Assembly (NCBI GenBank): GCA_964344485.1
Contig: CAYFNF010000005.1
Coordinates: 23,455-87,454 of the forward strand
From: an uncultured Gammaproteobacteria bacterium
GTDB taxonomy: Bacteria; Patescibacteriota; Patescibacteriia; UBA9570; XYC2-FULL-38-9
Reading direction: 5' to 3'
DNA length: 64,000 nucleotides
The notes under the pieces were generated by a model, which saw only the letters and a program-made list of their open reading frames with translations, searched no databases and was not told where the DNA came from. The position numbers and the translations under genes were made by a program. Positions 34,495-44,646 of this stretch are shown here, piece after piece; position 1 is the stretch's first letter, and every line of letters begins with the position of its first letter.

Positions 34495-35670
34495 TTATGG
34501 AAGATCTACAAGAGCATGACTCGGTTTTGCCTCTCGCCCCTCTTCCCATGTAATATGAATTGCAATCCACTTATCTCTTTCCGGGCTTGGGCGCGGATGA
34601 TCAATTTTAAACTGAAACGACCAGCCCCATGTTTCATGCGCCCAATGTTTATGTCGATCTGGTCCACTTCCCTCTACAGGGCCATCCAACTTTCTATATT
34701 GCAAAGAAAGCGCTCCATTTGATTGTGCTACTGCTTCTAGCGGAGTTGCACCGTTTTTTAACGCAGCAATACAGTCTGCAATAAGCTGATTTTCCATTTC
34801 TTTCCTCTCTCTCCAACTCCGATCCTCCTCATCTTCTGGCTCATCCTCATCGTCAAATACATTTACTTGTCGTTGTAGCACTGTTTCTACTTGATCGAGC
34901 TGGGGAAGATCAGCGGGTCGGAAATGCCCATCGTTCGCATCTACTCCAAATAATCGACCTCCTCTGAGACGCACTTCTTTCCTTCTTGGCCCGCTTGGCG
35001 CTGCACTTAACAGCGGTCCTACTTCAGCAATATCTGCAACATCAATCACTGCCGGCTCTCGTCCTCTTTCTCGCATAATCGCTATAATCTCATCAACTGA
35101 TCCATATTCTTCGAATATCGCACGCATATGATCAGGCATCTCTCCGAGAAAATACTCAATGGTATCCCTCAAATCTCCATCGTCTTCGTATTGATATGCC
35201 CAATTGCCCCATTGAACGATATCATAAAGCATTTTTCTTGCTTCTCTGGGAACATGGCGGTTGTCAGCATTCATGTCACCGCTCTCTCTAAATTGTTCAA
35301 TTGAACCTTCTAAGCGAGCGACTGCTCGAGTCCCTTGATCTTCGCTTTCCATTTGACGTGCAAGTTCAGCTGCACGAGCCGCGACGCCTAATAACTCCAA
35401 TTTCTTTCTTTTCATTTCTTGCAACTGCCGCTCTATTTCCCGAACCTCACGCAGATCTGCGGCTGTGTCCGCACAAATAGTTGCTGCAGCTTCATGAGAG
35501 CTTGGGTCTAGCTGCTCGTTTGCACTTGCAGCAGTCATGGCTCTCTCGTGCTGCTGCCTCGCTTGATCCAGTGGCTCTTCGGTGCCAGGCGCGCCCTCCA
35601 ATAACTTGCGCAGATAACCTAAAGAGGGTGCTGGCTCACCCCCGCCCCTGTGTTGTGATGGGTCTGGCAT
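34495..35670 (-). CDS. Hypothetical protein (391 aa), acidic, coiled-coil segment
   Basis: Long ORF with moderate GC (~48-55%). No recognised motif. Contains a REVREIERQLQEMKRKKLELLGVAARAAELARQMESED coiled-coil-like stretch. Confidence 0.55.
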   Translation of the reverse strand: MPDPSQHRGGGEPAPSLGYLRKLLEGAPGTEEPLDQARQQHERAMTAASANEQLDPSSHEAAATICADTAADLREVREIERQLQEMKRKKLELLGVAARAAELARQMESEDQGTRAVARLEGSIEQFRESGDMNADNRHVPREARKMLYDIVQWGNWAYQYEDDGDLRDTIEYFLGEMPDHMRAIFEEYGSVDEIIAIMRERGREPAVIDVADIAEVGPLLSAAPSGPRRKEVRLRGGRLFGVDANDGHFRPADLPQLDQVETVLQRQVNVFDDEDEPEDEEDRSWRERKEMENQLIADCIAALKNGATPLEAVAQSNGALSLQYRKLDGPVEGSGPDRHKHWAHETWGWSFQFKIDHPRPSPERDKWIAIHITWEEGREAKPSHALVDLP

Positions 35671-35785
35671 AGTATAGTGCTTTAATGGTATCTTCCTTTA
35701 TTTTAGCTGATTTTAGTAGAAAAATCAAGCTACTACTACAAGCAACTCATACTTATCTCACGACAGAACTGCATGCTCACACGCT

Positions 35786-36433
35786 TTGGCGAACATTGAT
35801 TCTCCGATCCTCTCTTCACTTGCGTTAAACACAAATAAATCCTATAATTTCAATGATAAACATTCATATTCAAATATGTCATCCAAAGGCGATACATTTT
35901 CAAAAAAAATCAAGGAACTATCCGTTGAAGAGATTGAATATACTGAAGATTTCTTTAAAAAAGCATTCGGCGAGAACACAGCAAGCAACATGGAAGTGCT
36001 CGGCAAAACAGCATCAGAAGGCGCTCCGCGCAGCATCTCAGAGACATACGGAGAGAAAGATATCGACGAAAACTGGTTGGAGGACAACGAAGCGTTCGCA
36101 GGTCAACTCGCAGTAGATGTATTTCAAACCGAAGAAGATATCGTCATTACATCGACAGTTGCAGGTGTAAAAGCAGAGGATTTAGACCTGGATATGAACG
36201 GTGATATGATCACTATCCGTGGACGACGTCGCCATGCATTTGAAGATGTTCCGCAAGACGACTACTTCATTCGCGAGTGCTTCTGGGGTGGGTTTTCGCG
36301 CTCCGTCATCCTCCCAGTAGACATTCAACATGATAAAGTAGAAGCTTCCTTAGAAAACGGCATCCTGACAATCAAACTTCCGAAATCCAAACGTTCACGC
36401 AATTCTAAAATCGACATCGTCGAAGTACAGTAG
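35786..36433 (+). CDS. Small heat-shock protein (Hsp20 / alpha-crystallin domain)
   Basis: Alpha-crystallin domain with the C-terminal GILTIKLPK motif. The real start may be the internal Met at about 35876. Confidence 0.8.
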   Translation: MANIDSPILSSLALNTNKSYNFNDKHSYSNMSSKGDTFSKKIKELSVEEIEYTEDFFKKAFGENTASNMEVLGKTASEGAPRSISETYGEKDIDENWLEDNEAFAGQLAVDVFQTEEDIVITSTVAGVKAEDLDLDMNGDMITIRGRRRHAFEDVPQDDYFIRECFWGGFSRSVILPVDIQHDKVEASLENGILTIKLPKSKRSRNSKIDIVEVQ

Positions 36434-36491
36434 ATCCTTTTCCTATAACAACCTTATTCAGCACAGACGGTGATTTTTATTTATCATAACG

Positions 36492-36686
36492 ATGGCACAA
36501 CACGTAACAGTCAAAGTGAAAGAGATGCAAGATGATCATGTAGTATTAGAACTTCCAAATGGTACCCAATGTACGTGGCCTCTCACAGATAAAAACAAAT
36601 TTCCACACAGTGTTGGAGACGAACTGATACTGACACTCACGTCGTCAACAGATGTGATCAATGAACTGATATCTTCACATGAGTAA
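36492..36686 (+). CDS. Small hypothetical protein (64 aa) overlapping the VanW start
   Basis: Clean ORF with a plausible globular sequence. Its stop overlaps the start of the downstream gene by 8 nt. Confidence 0.4.
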   Translation: MAQHVTVKVKEMQDDHVVLELPNGTQCTWPLTDKNKFPHSVGDELILTLTSSTDVINELISSHE

Positions 36687-38781
36687 GAAAAAAAATAAAA
36701 AGAAACAGCCTGCAAAAAAGAAGTCATCTTCGAATTCTAATAACAGCCAGCCAAAGAAAAAGCAGCCGAATAAAAAAGATGTAGCGCCCAAAGCACAGCC
36801 GAAAAAGAAAGCAGCGTCCTCTCCAGGAAAACTCTCCAAGGCATGGCAGATAGTCGCGCTACCTCTCTCTGTTCTGGTATGTGGGTTTTTAGTGTTGGGT
36901 GCAGCAAGTCTGGGGTGGTACTACCAGTTCTTAGGTGACTATGAGCATAAGTTCTATCCAGGCGTCTCTATTGGAGAGTACGACCTTTCAGGCAAGACCT
37001 ACATGGAAGCGCTGGGCCAATTGGAAGATAGTGTCACTACTCTAGAGCAAGACGGAATTTCAGTACAGTACCAAGATGCGTCCTCATCGGAAGAGACGCC
37101 TCCAACGCTGCAGCTCACTCCGGTGATTGTTCCACTAGACGCTGCTGGAAATGAGCGAGAGATCTACTCTATTGATTATCAAGATAGCTTGGACGCAGCG
37201 TATGAAATTGGACGTCAAGGAAACCAGTTACTACAAGCCAAGCAACAGTTCTGGGCATGGAAGTACGGTCGCTCTATTCAGCTCACGTATACATTTGACA
37301 AAGAGCACATTCAGAAACTGATTTCGGATTATTTTAGTTCATATGAATCTAAAGCTACGAACGCGGATATCTCTATTACTGCTGCTGGCGAAATAGAGAT
37401 CGTGAATGAATCGCTCGGGCAAGAATTTGATTACGAATCCACGACCCAAAAAGTAGAGGATCACATTGTACGCTTTGACACCAGCACCATTACAATCAAG
37501 CTACAAACCGACTACCCAGACATCACTATCGATGACATTCGAGAAGATTTGGATACAATCGAAAATGCATTAACATACGCACCGATCACACTTACGTGGA
37601 ATCAAAAAGAATGGACCTACGACACGGTTGCCGTGGGTTCGTGGTTGTCGTTCGAAGCCGGATCACTTGCAGTTGATCCATCGCATCTTGCTGGCTCAAT
37701 TACTGATATTACGAATGAAGTGAATATCCAAGTACAAGAAGCACGGTGGGAGGTATTGAAGGATGAAGGTGGTGGATTGATCGGTTTACAACCGTTTCAA
37801 GAAGCTCAGATTGGAAGAGAAGTAGACACAGAAACAACAGCAGAAGCAGTAACAGAATTGGTCTTAGGGAAGTCCGACGCTACTGACTCTACAATTGAGT
37901 TGGTTGTGACTGAAGTGAATCCAACGTTCACACCAGAGAACGCAGATGAGTTAGGTATTACTTCTATTCTCGGCACTGGACATTCAAACATGAGTGGTAG
38001 CCCATATAACAGACGCCTGAACATCGGCAGGGGGGTTGAACTGCTAAACGGATTACTCATTGCACCAGATGAAGAGTTCTCACTATTAGACGCATTGAAG
38101 CCATTCACTGTAGAGAACGGATACTACTCTGAACTGGTTATTAAAGGTAATGAAACAGTGCCTGAAGTCGGGGGTGGATTATGTCAGATCGGCACCACTA
38201 CATTCCGAGCAGTCATGGGCGCTGGACTGGATGTGACCATGCGACAGAATCACTCGTATGTAGTGTCGTATTACGCTGATGACCGTAACGGACAACCAGG
38301 AACTGACGCAACCATCTATGACCCTGCACCAGATTTTAAATTTATCAATGATACACCAGGGTATATTCTGCTTCAAACTCGCATTGAAGGCAATCACCTC
38401 TACTTTGACTTCTGGGGAACAAATGATGGGCGTATTGCAGAATTCACTCCGCCAACCACATCCGGATGGATCTCTCCGCCTCCAACAAAGGAGATCCCAA
38501 CTGCTGACCTTGCTCCTGGACAACGGAACTGTACTGAGTCTGCACACGCTGGCACCACCGCACAGTTTACATACAAAGTAGAGAACGCTGACGGAACAGT
38601 GCATGAAGAGGACTTCGTCTCAATCTACAAGCCGTGGCAAGCAGTCTGCTTGGTGGGAATAGAAACCGAGACTTCGGACGACGCTACTTCTGAAGACAGC
38701 TCCACTGAAGAAGCTAGTGATACTACAGAAGAGAAGAAAGAAACAAACAAAAAAAAGAAGAAGAAAAAGAACAGCAATTAA
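36679..38781 (+). CDS. VanW-family protein with Lys-rich N-terminal region, TM anchor and Lys-rich C-terminus
   Basis: VanW signature GGGLCQIGTTTFRAVMGAGL. N-terminal KKKNKKKQPAKKK..., TM helix, C-terminal EEKKETNKKKKKKKNSN. Confidence 0.8.
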   Translation: MSKKKNKKKQPAKKKSSSNSNNSQPKKKQPNKKDVAPKAQPKKKAASSPGKLSKAWQIVALPLSVLVCGFLVLGAASLGWYYQFLGDYEHKFYPGVSIGEYDLSGKTYMEALGQLEDSVTTLEQDGISVQYQDASSSEETPPTLQLTPVIVPLDAAGNEREIYSIDYQDSLDAAYEIGRQGNQLLQAKQQFWAWKYGRSIQLTYTFDKEHIQKLISDYFSSYESKATNADISITAAGEIEIVNESLGQEFDYESTTQKVEDHIVRFDTSTITIKLQTDYPDITIDDIREDLDTIENALTYAPITLTWNQKEWTYDTVAVGSWLSFEAGSLAVDPSHLAGSITDITNEVNIQVQEARWEVLKDEGGGLIGLQPFQEAQIGREVDTETTAEAVTELVLGKSDATDSTIELVVTEVNPTFTPENADELGITSILGTGHSNMSGSPYNRRLNIGRGVELLNGLLIAPDEEFSLLDALKPFTVENGYYSELVIKGNETVPEVGGGLCQIGTTTFRAVMGAGLDVTMRQNHSYVVSYYADDRNGQPGTDATIYDPAPDFKFINDTPGYILLQTRIEGNHLYFDFWGTNDGRIAEFTPPTTSGWISPPPTKEIPTADLAPGQRNCTESAHAGTTAQFTYKVENADGTVHEEDFVSIYKPWQAVCLVGIETETSDDATSEDSSTEEASDTTEEKKETNKKKKKKKNSN

Positions 38782-38821
38782 GCTGCTCTTTTCTGTGCAC
38801 TGCTTTATTTAAGCAGTTTTT

Positions 38822-39562
38822 TTAATACAATTTTCCAGAAAGTACTCGGCGCATCTGTTTCTTTTTCACTTTCAATGCGTTGTCTTTAACAAACGCGAAG
38901 AACGACTTCTGGTCAACCTTCTTATCAAGTACTACAGGATACGGCGTGCTCGTTCCGATATATGGCAGGTAATACAGTTGCCCAGTTCCTTGTGCGCCGA
39001 ACACAATTGTTCCTTGTAGACGCTCTCGAACACGCTGTCCAACCTCATTTTGCTCAACACATTCATAGTACTGGTCACTTGTGCCACCGTAGAGCTCACT
39101 GTAATCTTCGCATGTATTCACCATACCCTGAAAATCATAATCAGAGAGTGGCGTGATCATAGTGGATCCATCTTGAGCTCGCTGGAGAATAGTGCGATAC
39201 GCTGAACCTTTCTTCAGCCGGATCTTAAAACCATTCGCAACATAATAGTACTTCTTGCCAGCCTTATAGAAACCGTTCGGGAGAAATGGGCGCAGTTTTT
39301 GCACACCATCTCCTTCGGCAACTTTGTACATTTGACCGTGTCGCTCAGCTCGAAAGATGACCTTTCCTTGGAGCTGTTCAATAAGAGGGTCGCAGTAGTC
39401 ATAAGAGCATGTTGCGTCTTTAATAGCTTGAAACTGCTCTTCGGATACGCCAATAGCGTCTGGTGGAAAGTCCACGCTGGTGCGGGTATCCACTGCTGCA
39501 TGTGTCACAACTGGCAGTAGAAGCACGAATGTAAATACTGCTGTAAGTGCTGCTTGTCTCAT
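38822..39562 (-). CDS. Secreted hypothetical protein (signal peptide)
   Basis: MRQAALTAVFTFVLLLPVVTHAAV signal. Several Cys, Tyr-rich. Confidence 0.6.
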   Translation of the reverse strand: MRQAALTAVFTFVLLLPVVTHAAVDTRTSVDFPPDAIGVSEEQFQAIKDATCSYDYCDPLIEQLQGKVIFRAERHGQMYKVAEGDGVQKLRPFLPNGFYKAGKKYYYVANGFKIRLKKGSAYRTILQRAQDGSTMITPLSDYDFQGMVNTCEDYSELYGGTSDQYYECVEQNEVGQRVRERLQGTIVFGAQGTGQLYYLPYIGTSTPYPVVLDKKVDQKSFFAFVKDNALKVKKKQMRRVLSGKLY

Positions 39563-40000
39563 ACGTTTTTTGTTATTAATTATTCCGCATGGAATTTAAA
39601 AATACCGTGCGTCGACAGTATATACGATATATAGAGCATTCTATTACAAAAACAAATGCCCCGCAATAATCAGCAGGCAAGAGAATGTATACACGGAAGA
39701 TTCGAGCCGTAGCCTGAATTTTCCGAGGTACACCTTCCCATGCTTGTCGTGCCTGCTGGTTACTATGGGGCATGACGTCAGCACCATTCTTATAAAAAGT
39801 AGCAAATTCACATCACAGAGTACTGCGATGAGAACATAGAAGAATATCATGGTTTTTCCGTTTTGTCAAGAGTAAATCATACACATGTTTTTCCCAGTTA
39901 AAAATGATATTTTTTAGCTAATATTAGGGTAAAAAAAACGGACGTGGTGAATGTCCGGGCTCATACTAGAGCCGTTGCCTACGTTCAGAGTCGAGGCGTA

Positions 40001-40942
40001 TCAGAGCCGACCTGCTGCACTCAGCACCGCGTGCAGGGTTCCGGTCGTGGAGACCGGGTTCTGCCACTGGACCCACCAGCAGTGTGCTTCGTCGATGCAG
40101 TGGTGATTGACGGTCGCGGACCGTTCTTGGCACATCATGCGCTCGTGCAGCCTCAGGGAGAAGATCGTGTCCTGAAGGCAGCTCACGATGTGTCGGGTAC
40201 CTGCCCAGCCTTCGCGACGCACTCGGGCGATCTCGGACTCTCCCCAGCCGTAGAAGAGCACCAGCTCCGGGAACAGGCGCGCTGAGTCGTTGGCCATGAG
40301 GCGCTCGTAGTCTTCGGCCAGGTCGCAGGGGCAGCCCGTTCCGGTGAACAGGTAGCGCACGGGCCAGCCCGTGTAGTGCATCCCTTCTCCGGAGGTCAGC
40401 GCGTTGAGAACACCCAGCAGCTCCGGGGTCGCACCCACCCACATCTTGGGCTGGGTCAGTGCGAACAGTGGGAAGTCCGGAACCGGAGCGATCTCGACCA
40501 GGTGCAGCGGGTTGATCACGGCGTGAAGCAGCAGCAGCTGCCGGCAGAGCAGCGCACCGAGCGAATGGCCGACCAGCGACACCTTTTGGTGCTCATCCAG
40601 AATGCCGTCCCAGTACAGCGACTCCATGATCGCGACCAGGTCCTGGATCTGCTCCTCCAGCGGTTGAGAGCCCAGGCCAGGCGGACGCCAGGCAGTCCCG
40701 ATCCCGTTGCGCTCCACCACCACGATGGTGTTGGGGAGCTCGTGGAGTTCAGTCCTGTTGATGGTCGTGCACCAGGTGGACCAGCCGCGTTGCTGGTAGC
40801 CGTGCACCAGCACCAGTGCCGGGCTCGTCTTGTCACCCAGGCGAGCATGCACCAGGCGCACACCCACCGAAGTGTTCAGCTCGTGCGTGTTGAAGCCCAT
40901 GCCTCCCATGGGCCTCGTGTCTCGACAGTGTTCCATCTTCAT
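40001..40942 (-). CDS. Islet G: alpha/beta-hydrolase (lipase/esterase, GHSxG nucleophile elbow)
   Basis: LVLVHGY oxyanion region and VSLVGHSLGALL nucleophile motif. GC-rich. Hairpin cggac-N9-gtccg plus T8 downstream (minus strand) at about 39950-39976. Confidence 0.75.
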   Translation of the reverse strand: MKMEHCRDTRPMGGMGFNTHELNTSVGVRLVHARLGDKTSPALVLVHGYQQRGWSTWCTTINRTELHELPNTIVVVERNGIGTAWRPPGLGSQPLEEQIQDLVAIMESLYWDGILDEHQKVSLVGHSLGALLCRQLLLLHAVINPLHLVEIAPVPDFPLFALTQPKMWVGATPELLGVLNALTSGEGMHYTGWPVRYLFTGTGCPCDLAEDYERLMANDSARLFPELVLFYGWGESEIARVRREGWAGTRHIVSCLQDTIFSLRLHERMMCQERSATVNHHCIDEAHCWWVQWQNPVSTTGTLHAVLSAAGRL

Positions 40943-41084
40943 GATCCTTGTTCAGCATCTTGCCGAACTGTTCGAGGCGCGGATATTTTATAGAAATGAA
41001 TATAAAAGTCAATAGGAAGCACTTGCTTTTTTGCCTATTTTTTCGTATAGTAATAGAGAAGTAAAGCAAAACAGCCCTATAGAC

Positions 41085-42110
41085 ATGAGTATTGAAACCG
41101 TCACAAACCCTCAACAAAAAGACGAGGACAAAACACTGGATTTAACGCTACGTCCGTCAACATTGGATGAATATGTTGGACAAGATGCAGTAAAGAAGAA
41201 CCTGCATATCTTAATGGAAGCTGCAAAACACCGGTCCGAACCTATTGAACATGTATTACTGCACGGTGGGCCGGGTCTAGGAAAGACCACGCTTGCTCAC
41301 ATTATTGCAAAAGAGATGGATTCGAATGTACGCGTAACCTCAGGGCCAGCAATTGAACGCGCTGGAGATCTTGCGGCAATCCTCACAAATATGGAAGAGG
41401 GTGGCATTCTGTTTATTGATGAGATCCATCGATTACATAAGGTGATTGAAGAAATTCTGTATCCAGCTATGGAAGATTACGTCTTAGATGTCGTAGTCGG
41501 TAAAGGCCCAGCTGCTCGAACCCTCCGCTTAGACCTCCCGAAATTCACTATTGTAGGAGCAACCACACGCATGAGCTTGATTGCAGCGCCGTTGCGAGAG
41601 CGGTTTGGCGCGCACTATAAGCTAGACTTCTATTCAGAGGATGAAATCCAACAGATTATTCAACGCTCAGCAAAAATCCTATCGATTAAGATCGATGATA
41701 AATCTTCTGAAGAAATTTCGAAGCGGTCCCGCCGAACTCCACGTATTGCAAACCGTATTCTAAAGCGTGTGCGAGACTACGCTCAAGTGCACAACAAGGG
41801 AACTGTAAATCATACTGTCACTCTAGAAGCGCTCGATCTGCTCGACGTTGATGAGATTGGTTTAGATATTGTAGATCGCAAATTATTACAAGCTATTATT
41901 GAAAAATTCAAAGGCGGACCAGTAGGCGTGCAAACGCTAGCAGCAATCACTGCTGAAGAAACTGATACGATCGAAGAAATACACGAACCGTTCTTGATGC
42001 AGATCGGCTTCCTTACACGCACTCCTCGTGGTAGAGTAATTACAGAAAGCGCATACAAACACTTAGGCGCTGAAGTTCCACATAATTGGCAAGAAAAACT
42101 ATCCATATAA
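41085..42110 (+). CDS. ruvB: Holliday junction branch-migration ATPase RuvB
   Basis: LRPSTLDEYVGQD, Walker A GPPGLGKTTLAHIIA, sensor and arginine-finger motifs. Start moved to the MSIETV Met at 41085. Confidence 0.9.
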   Translation: MSIETVTNPQQKDEDKTLDLTLRPSTLDEYVGQDAVKKNLHILMEAAKHRSEPIEHVLLHGGPGLGKTTLAHIIAKEMDSNVRVTSGPAIERAGDLAAILTNMEEGGILFIDEIHRLHKVIEEILYPAMEDYVLDVVVGKGPAARTLRLDLPKFTIVGATTRMSLIAAPLRERFGAHYKLDFYSEDEIQQIIQRSAKILSIKIDDKSSEEISKRSRRTPRIANRILKRVRDYAQVHNKGTVNHTVTLEALDLLDVDEIGLDIVDRKLLQAIIEKFKGGPVGVQTLAAITAEETDTIEEIHEPFLMQIGFLTRTPRGRVITESAYKHLGAEVPHNWQEKLSI

Positions 42111-42111
42111 T

Positions 42112-42393
42112 ATGGAAATTCCATTCTACATCTTACTCATTCTCTATCTAGTCGGTATTGCGATATTCCTTGTGTGGATGTTCTTCAACTTATGGCATCT
42201 GTTTAAATTCGGATTCTTTGACTTTACTGGAAAACTGAATGCGTTTATCTTTGTCGGATTCTCCATTGCAATCTTTGTTATCACCCTGCTGTTGTTGAAA
42301 GACACTCCATGGTTCGATGCATTTGATCCGATCACAAGCTTTTCAGGTGAATGGGTAGTAGAGCAAGATCCTACGTTTAACTCAGAGATATGA
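42112..42393 (+). CDS. Small membrane protein (93 aa, two TM)
   Basis: Hydrophobic. Start 1 nt after the ruvB stop, and its stop overlaps the next gene. Confidence 0.5.
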   Translation: MEIPFYILLILYLVGIAIFLVWMFFNLWHLFKFGFFDFTGKLNAFIFVGFSIAIFVITLLLLKDTPWFDAFDPITSFSGEWVVEQDPTFNSEI

Positions 42394-43436
42394 ACCAAGC
42401 GCGACCCCCACATCCACAAGCACCTGCTGCACCCACAGCTCAAGGCGCTCCTTCAACTCCAGATGATTTTGCCGCAAAGCATCCAAAGCAGGACTTGTCA
42501 GAGCATAAGCCGCTCACCTTCCCGACTCAACGTCCGAATGAGCGGGTTATTCTGTTACTGCGACGTCACTGGACTGTCTTGGCACGAGATATCTCACAGC
42601 TCATTATGTCTCTATTGCTCCCACCGATCGTCATTATCTTGTTAATGAACTTCACTCCGATCTCTCTAGCTCCGGGCACAGCAACCTACGTCTTAGTAGT
42701 GCAAGGTCTTAGCCTCTACTATCTCTTCTCGTTTCTTGCGTACTTCCATGATTTCGTGGATTATCATCTAGATATCTGGGTAGTAACAGACCAACGTATC
42801 GTCTCTATTGAACAAGAGGGGCTGTTCCATCGCACAGTATCAGAGTTGAATATTGTGAAAGTTCAGGATGTGACTTCAGAGATAAAAGGAAAAGTGCAGA
42901 CCTTCTTGGACTACGGACAAGTTCATATACAAACCGCTGGTGAGCAAGAACGATTCTTGTTCGAACAGGTACCACATCCATCAGAAGTAGCGAAAGTCAT
43001 TCTACAAGTGCATGACCGCACTATGAAGATTCAAGATCTACAGAAAATCAGAGAAGAAGAAGAGTACCGACAACAGATGGAGCTAGAAGGACAAGTTCCT
43101 GTTGAGCAATATGTTCAGCAGCGCCAAGTGCAACCGGGCCAACACCACCCCCAAGCACAGCGCACACAGTTTCAACCAACGCATCAGCCAACATCGCAAG
43201 CGCCTGCGCAAGTTCGTCGTGTTGCACACGCTCCACAACCCACACCGCAAGCGCCTGCTCCTCAAGCTCCGCATGCCCCTGCTCCAACCGCTCCATCACG
43301 ACAACCACAGGCCCCGAGACCATACACTCCAGCTGCTCCAGCACAGCCAGCTCCGTATCAACCACGTACCGCACCGAACACCCCTCCACCACAACAGTAT
43401 CCACCTTCATCTCCACCACCGCGACCTGAACTATGA
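42390..43436 (+). CDS. Membrane protein with bacterial PH (YdbT/bPH_2-like) domain and Pro/Gln-rich C-terminal tail
   Basis: TM pair followed by DIWVVTDQRIVSIEQEGLFHRTVSELNIVKVQDV ... YGQVHIQTAG (bPH_2 pattern). C-terminal 100 aa is a P/Q/A repeat. Confidence 0.65.
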   Translation: MNQARPPHPQAPAAPTAQGAPSTPDDFAAKHPKQDLSEHKPLTFPTQRPNERVILLLRRHWTVLARDISQLIMSLLLPPIVIILLMNFTPISLAPGTATYVLVVQGLSLYYLFSFLAYFHDFVDYHLDIWVVTDQRIVSIEQEGLFHRTVSELNIVKVQDVTSEIKGKVQTFLDYGQVHIQTAGEQERFLFEQVPHPSEVAKVILQVHDRTMKIQDLQKIREEEEYRQQMELEGQVPVEQYVQQRQVQPGQHHPQAQRTQFQPTHQPTSQAPAQVRRVAHAPQPTPQAPAPQAPHAPAPTAPSRQPQAPRPYTPAAPAQPAPYQPRTAPNTPPPQQYPPSSPPPRPEL

Positions 43437-44506
43437 AAACCGAAGACTTTTCATTTGATCTTCCACCCGAGCTTATTGCTCAGCGTCCAGTCGAAGGAAA
43501 ACGTGATCAATGTCGATTAATGGTATTGAGCCGAGAGAAGCAGGCCATTGCACATCGGCACTTTTTTGAATTACCACAACTGTTGAAATCAGGGGATGTC
43601 CTAGTAATGAATGACTCTAAGGTATTTCCTGCACGCTTGATTGGACAAAAAGCCACTACAAAAGGGAAAGTCGAGGTATTATTGCTGCAGCGACAGCAAG
43701 ATAAGAGCGAAGATATCGCTGAAGTGTGGGAAGCGTTGGTTTCAGGGAAGAAAGTTTCCGAAGGCTTACCGTTAGAGTTCTTTGTAGAAGATAGCACTGA
43801 CGAGCCGTTGTTAAAAGCACGAGTCATTGAGCGAGCGTCAGATGATACATGGTATATCGATTTCAACCTTGCAGATGAACAATTTCGTGAAGCGCTAGAT
43901 CAACTCGGCCATACCCCAATCCCACCGTATATTAAAAGAACCCCGCTCAATGAAAAAGAGCTTCGGTCCGAGTATCAAACTGTATATGCAAAAGCCGAAG
44001 GATCTGCTGCAGCACCGACTGCGGGACTACATTTTACAGAAGACCTTCTTAAGCAGTTAACAGACGCTGGAATACAGCAGACGACCATTACACTGCATGT
44101 AGGGCTCGGTACTTTTTCTCCTGTAAAAGTGGATGACATTAACAACCATACCATCCATTCTGAGTATGCAATCATTACCGAGCAGACTGCTGAGATGGTG
44201 AATCAAGCAAAGATGCAAGGAGGTCGTGTTATTGCAGTAGGAACTACTGCTGTACGCGCACTAGAGACGTTTACAACTGACGGACATCTAAAACCAGGGC
44301 AACAATGGACCAATCTCTTTATCACTCCTGGATACTCGTTTTCTTGTGTAGATGCTATGATCACTAACTTTCACTTACCGCGATCAACGCTGTTAATGAT
44401 GGTAGCAGCGTTTTCAGACATGGATTTAATGACCGCCGCGTATACAGAAGCAATTGAACGAGAGTATCGCTTTTACAGCTTTGGAGATGCCATGCTAATT
44501 GAATAG
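43433..44506 (+). CDS. queA: S-adenosylmethionine:tRNA ribosyltransferase-isomerase QueA
   Basis: MKTEDFSFDLPPELIAQRPV N-terminus, collinear with QueA through to ...YRFYSFGDAMLI. Confidence 0.9.
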   Translation: MKTEDFSFDLPPELIAQRPVEGKRDQCRLMVLSREKQAIAHRHFFELPQLLKSGDVLVMNDSKVFPARLIGQKATTKGKVEVLLLQRQQDKSEDIAEVWEALVSGKKVSEGLPLEFFVEDSTDEPLLKARVIERASDDTWYIDFNLADEQFREALDQLGHTPIPPYIKRTPLNEKELRSEYQTVYAKAEGSAAAPTAGLHFTEDLLKQLTDAGIQQTTITLHVGLGTFSPVKVDDINNHTIHSEYAIITEQTAEMVNQAKMQGGRVIAVGTTAVRALETFTTDGHLKPGQQWTNLFITPGYSFSCVDAMITNFHLPRSTLLMMVAAFSDMDLMTAAYTEAIEREYRFYSFGDAMLIE

Positions 44507-44646
44507 TACTAATCGTCCTTTTTGACAAACCGAACCACTATGGTAAGGTACTACGTCAGAAAAGGTTGACGACTGAGAAGACCGCGCACAGTACTGCGTT
44601 TTTTTCTCAGGCGTGAACGTCAGCGCCTGCCTCAAGAGGAGGAACG

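Noticed and set aside
39944-40993. Overlapping ORFs around islet G (39944..40285 +, 39966..40442 -, 40376..40993 +, 40516..40863 -)
   Set aside because: Shadows of the 40001..40942 alpha/beta-hydrolase gene in GC-rich DNA.
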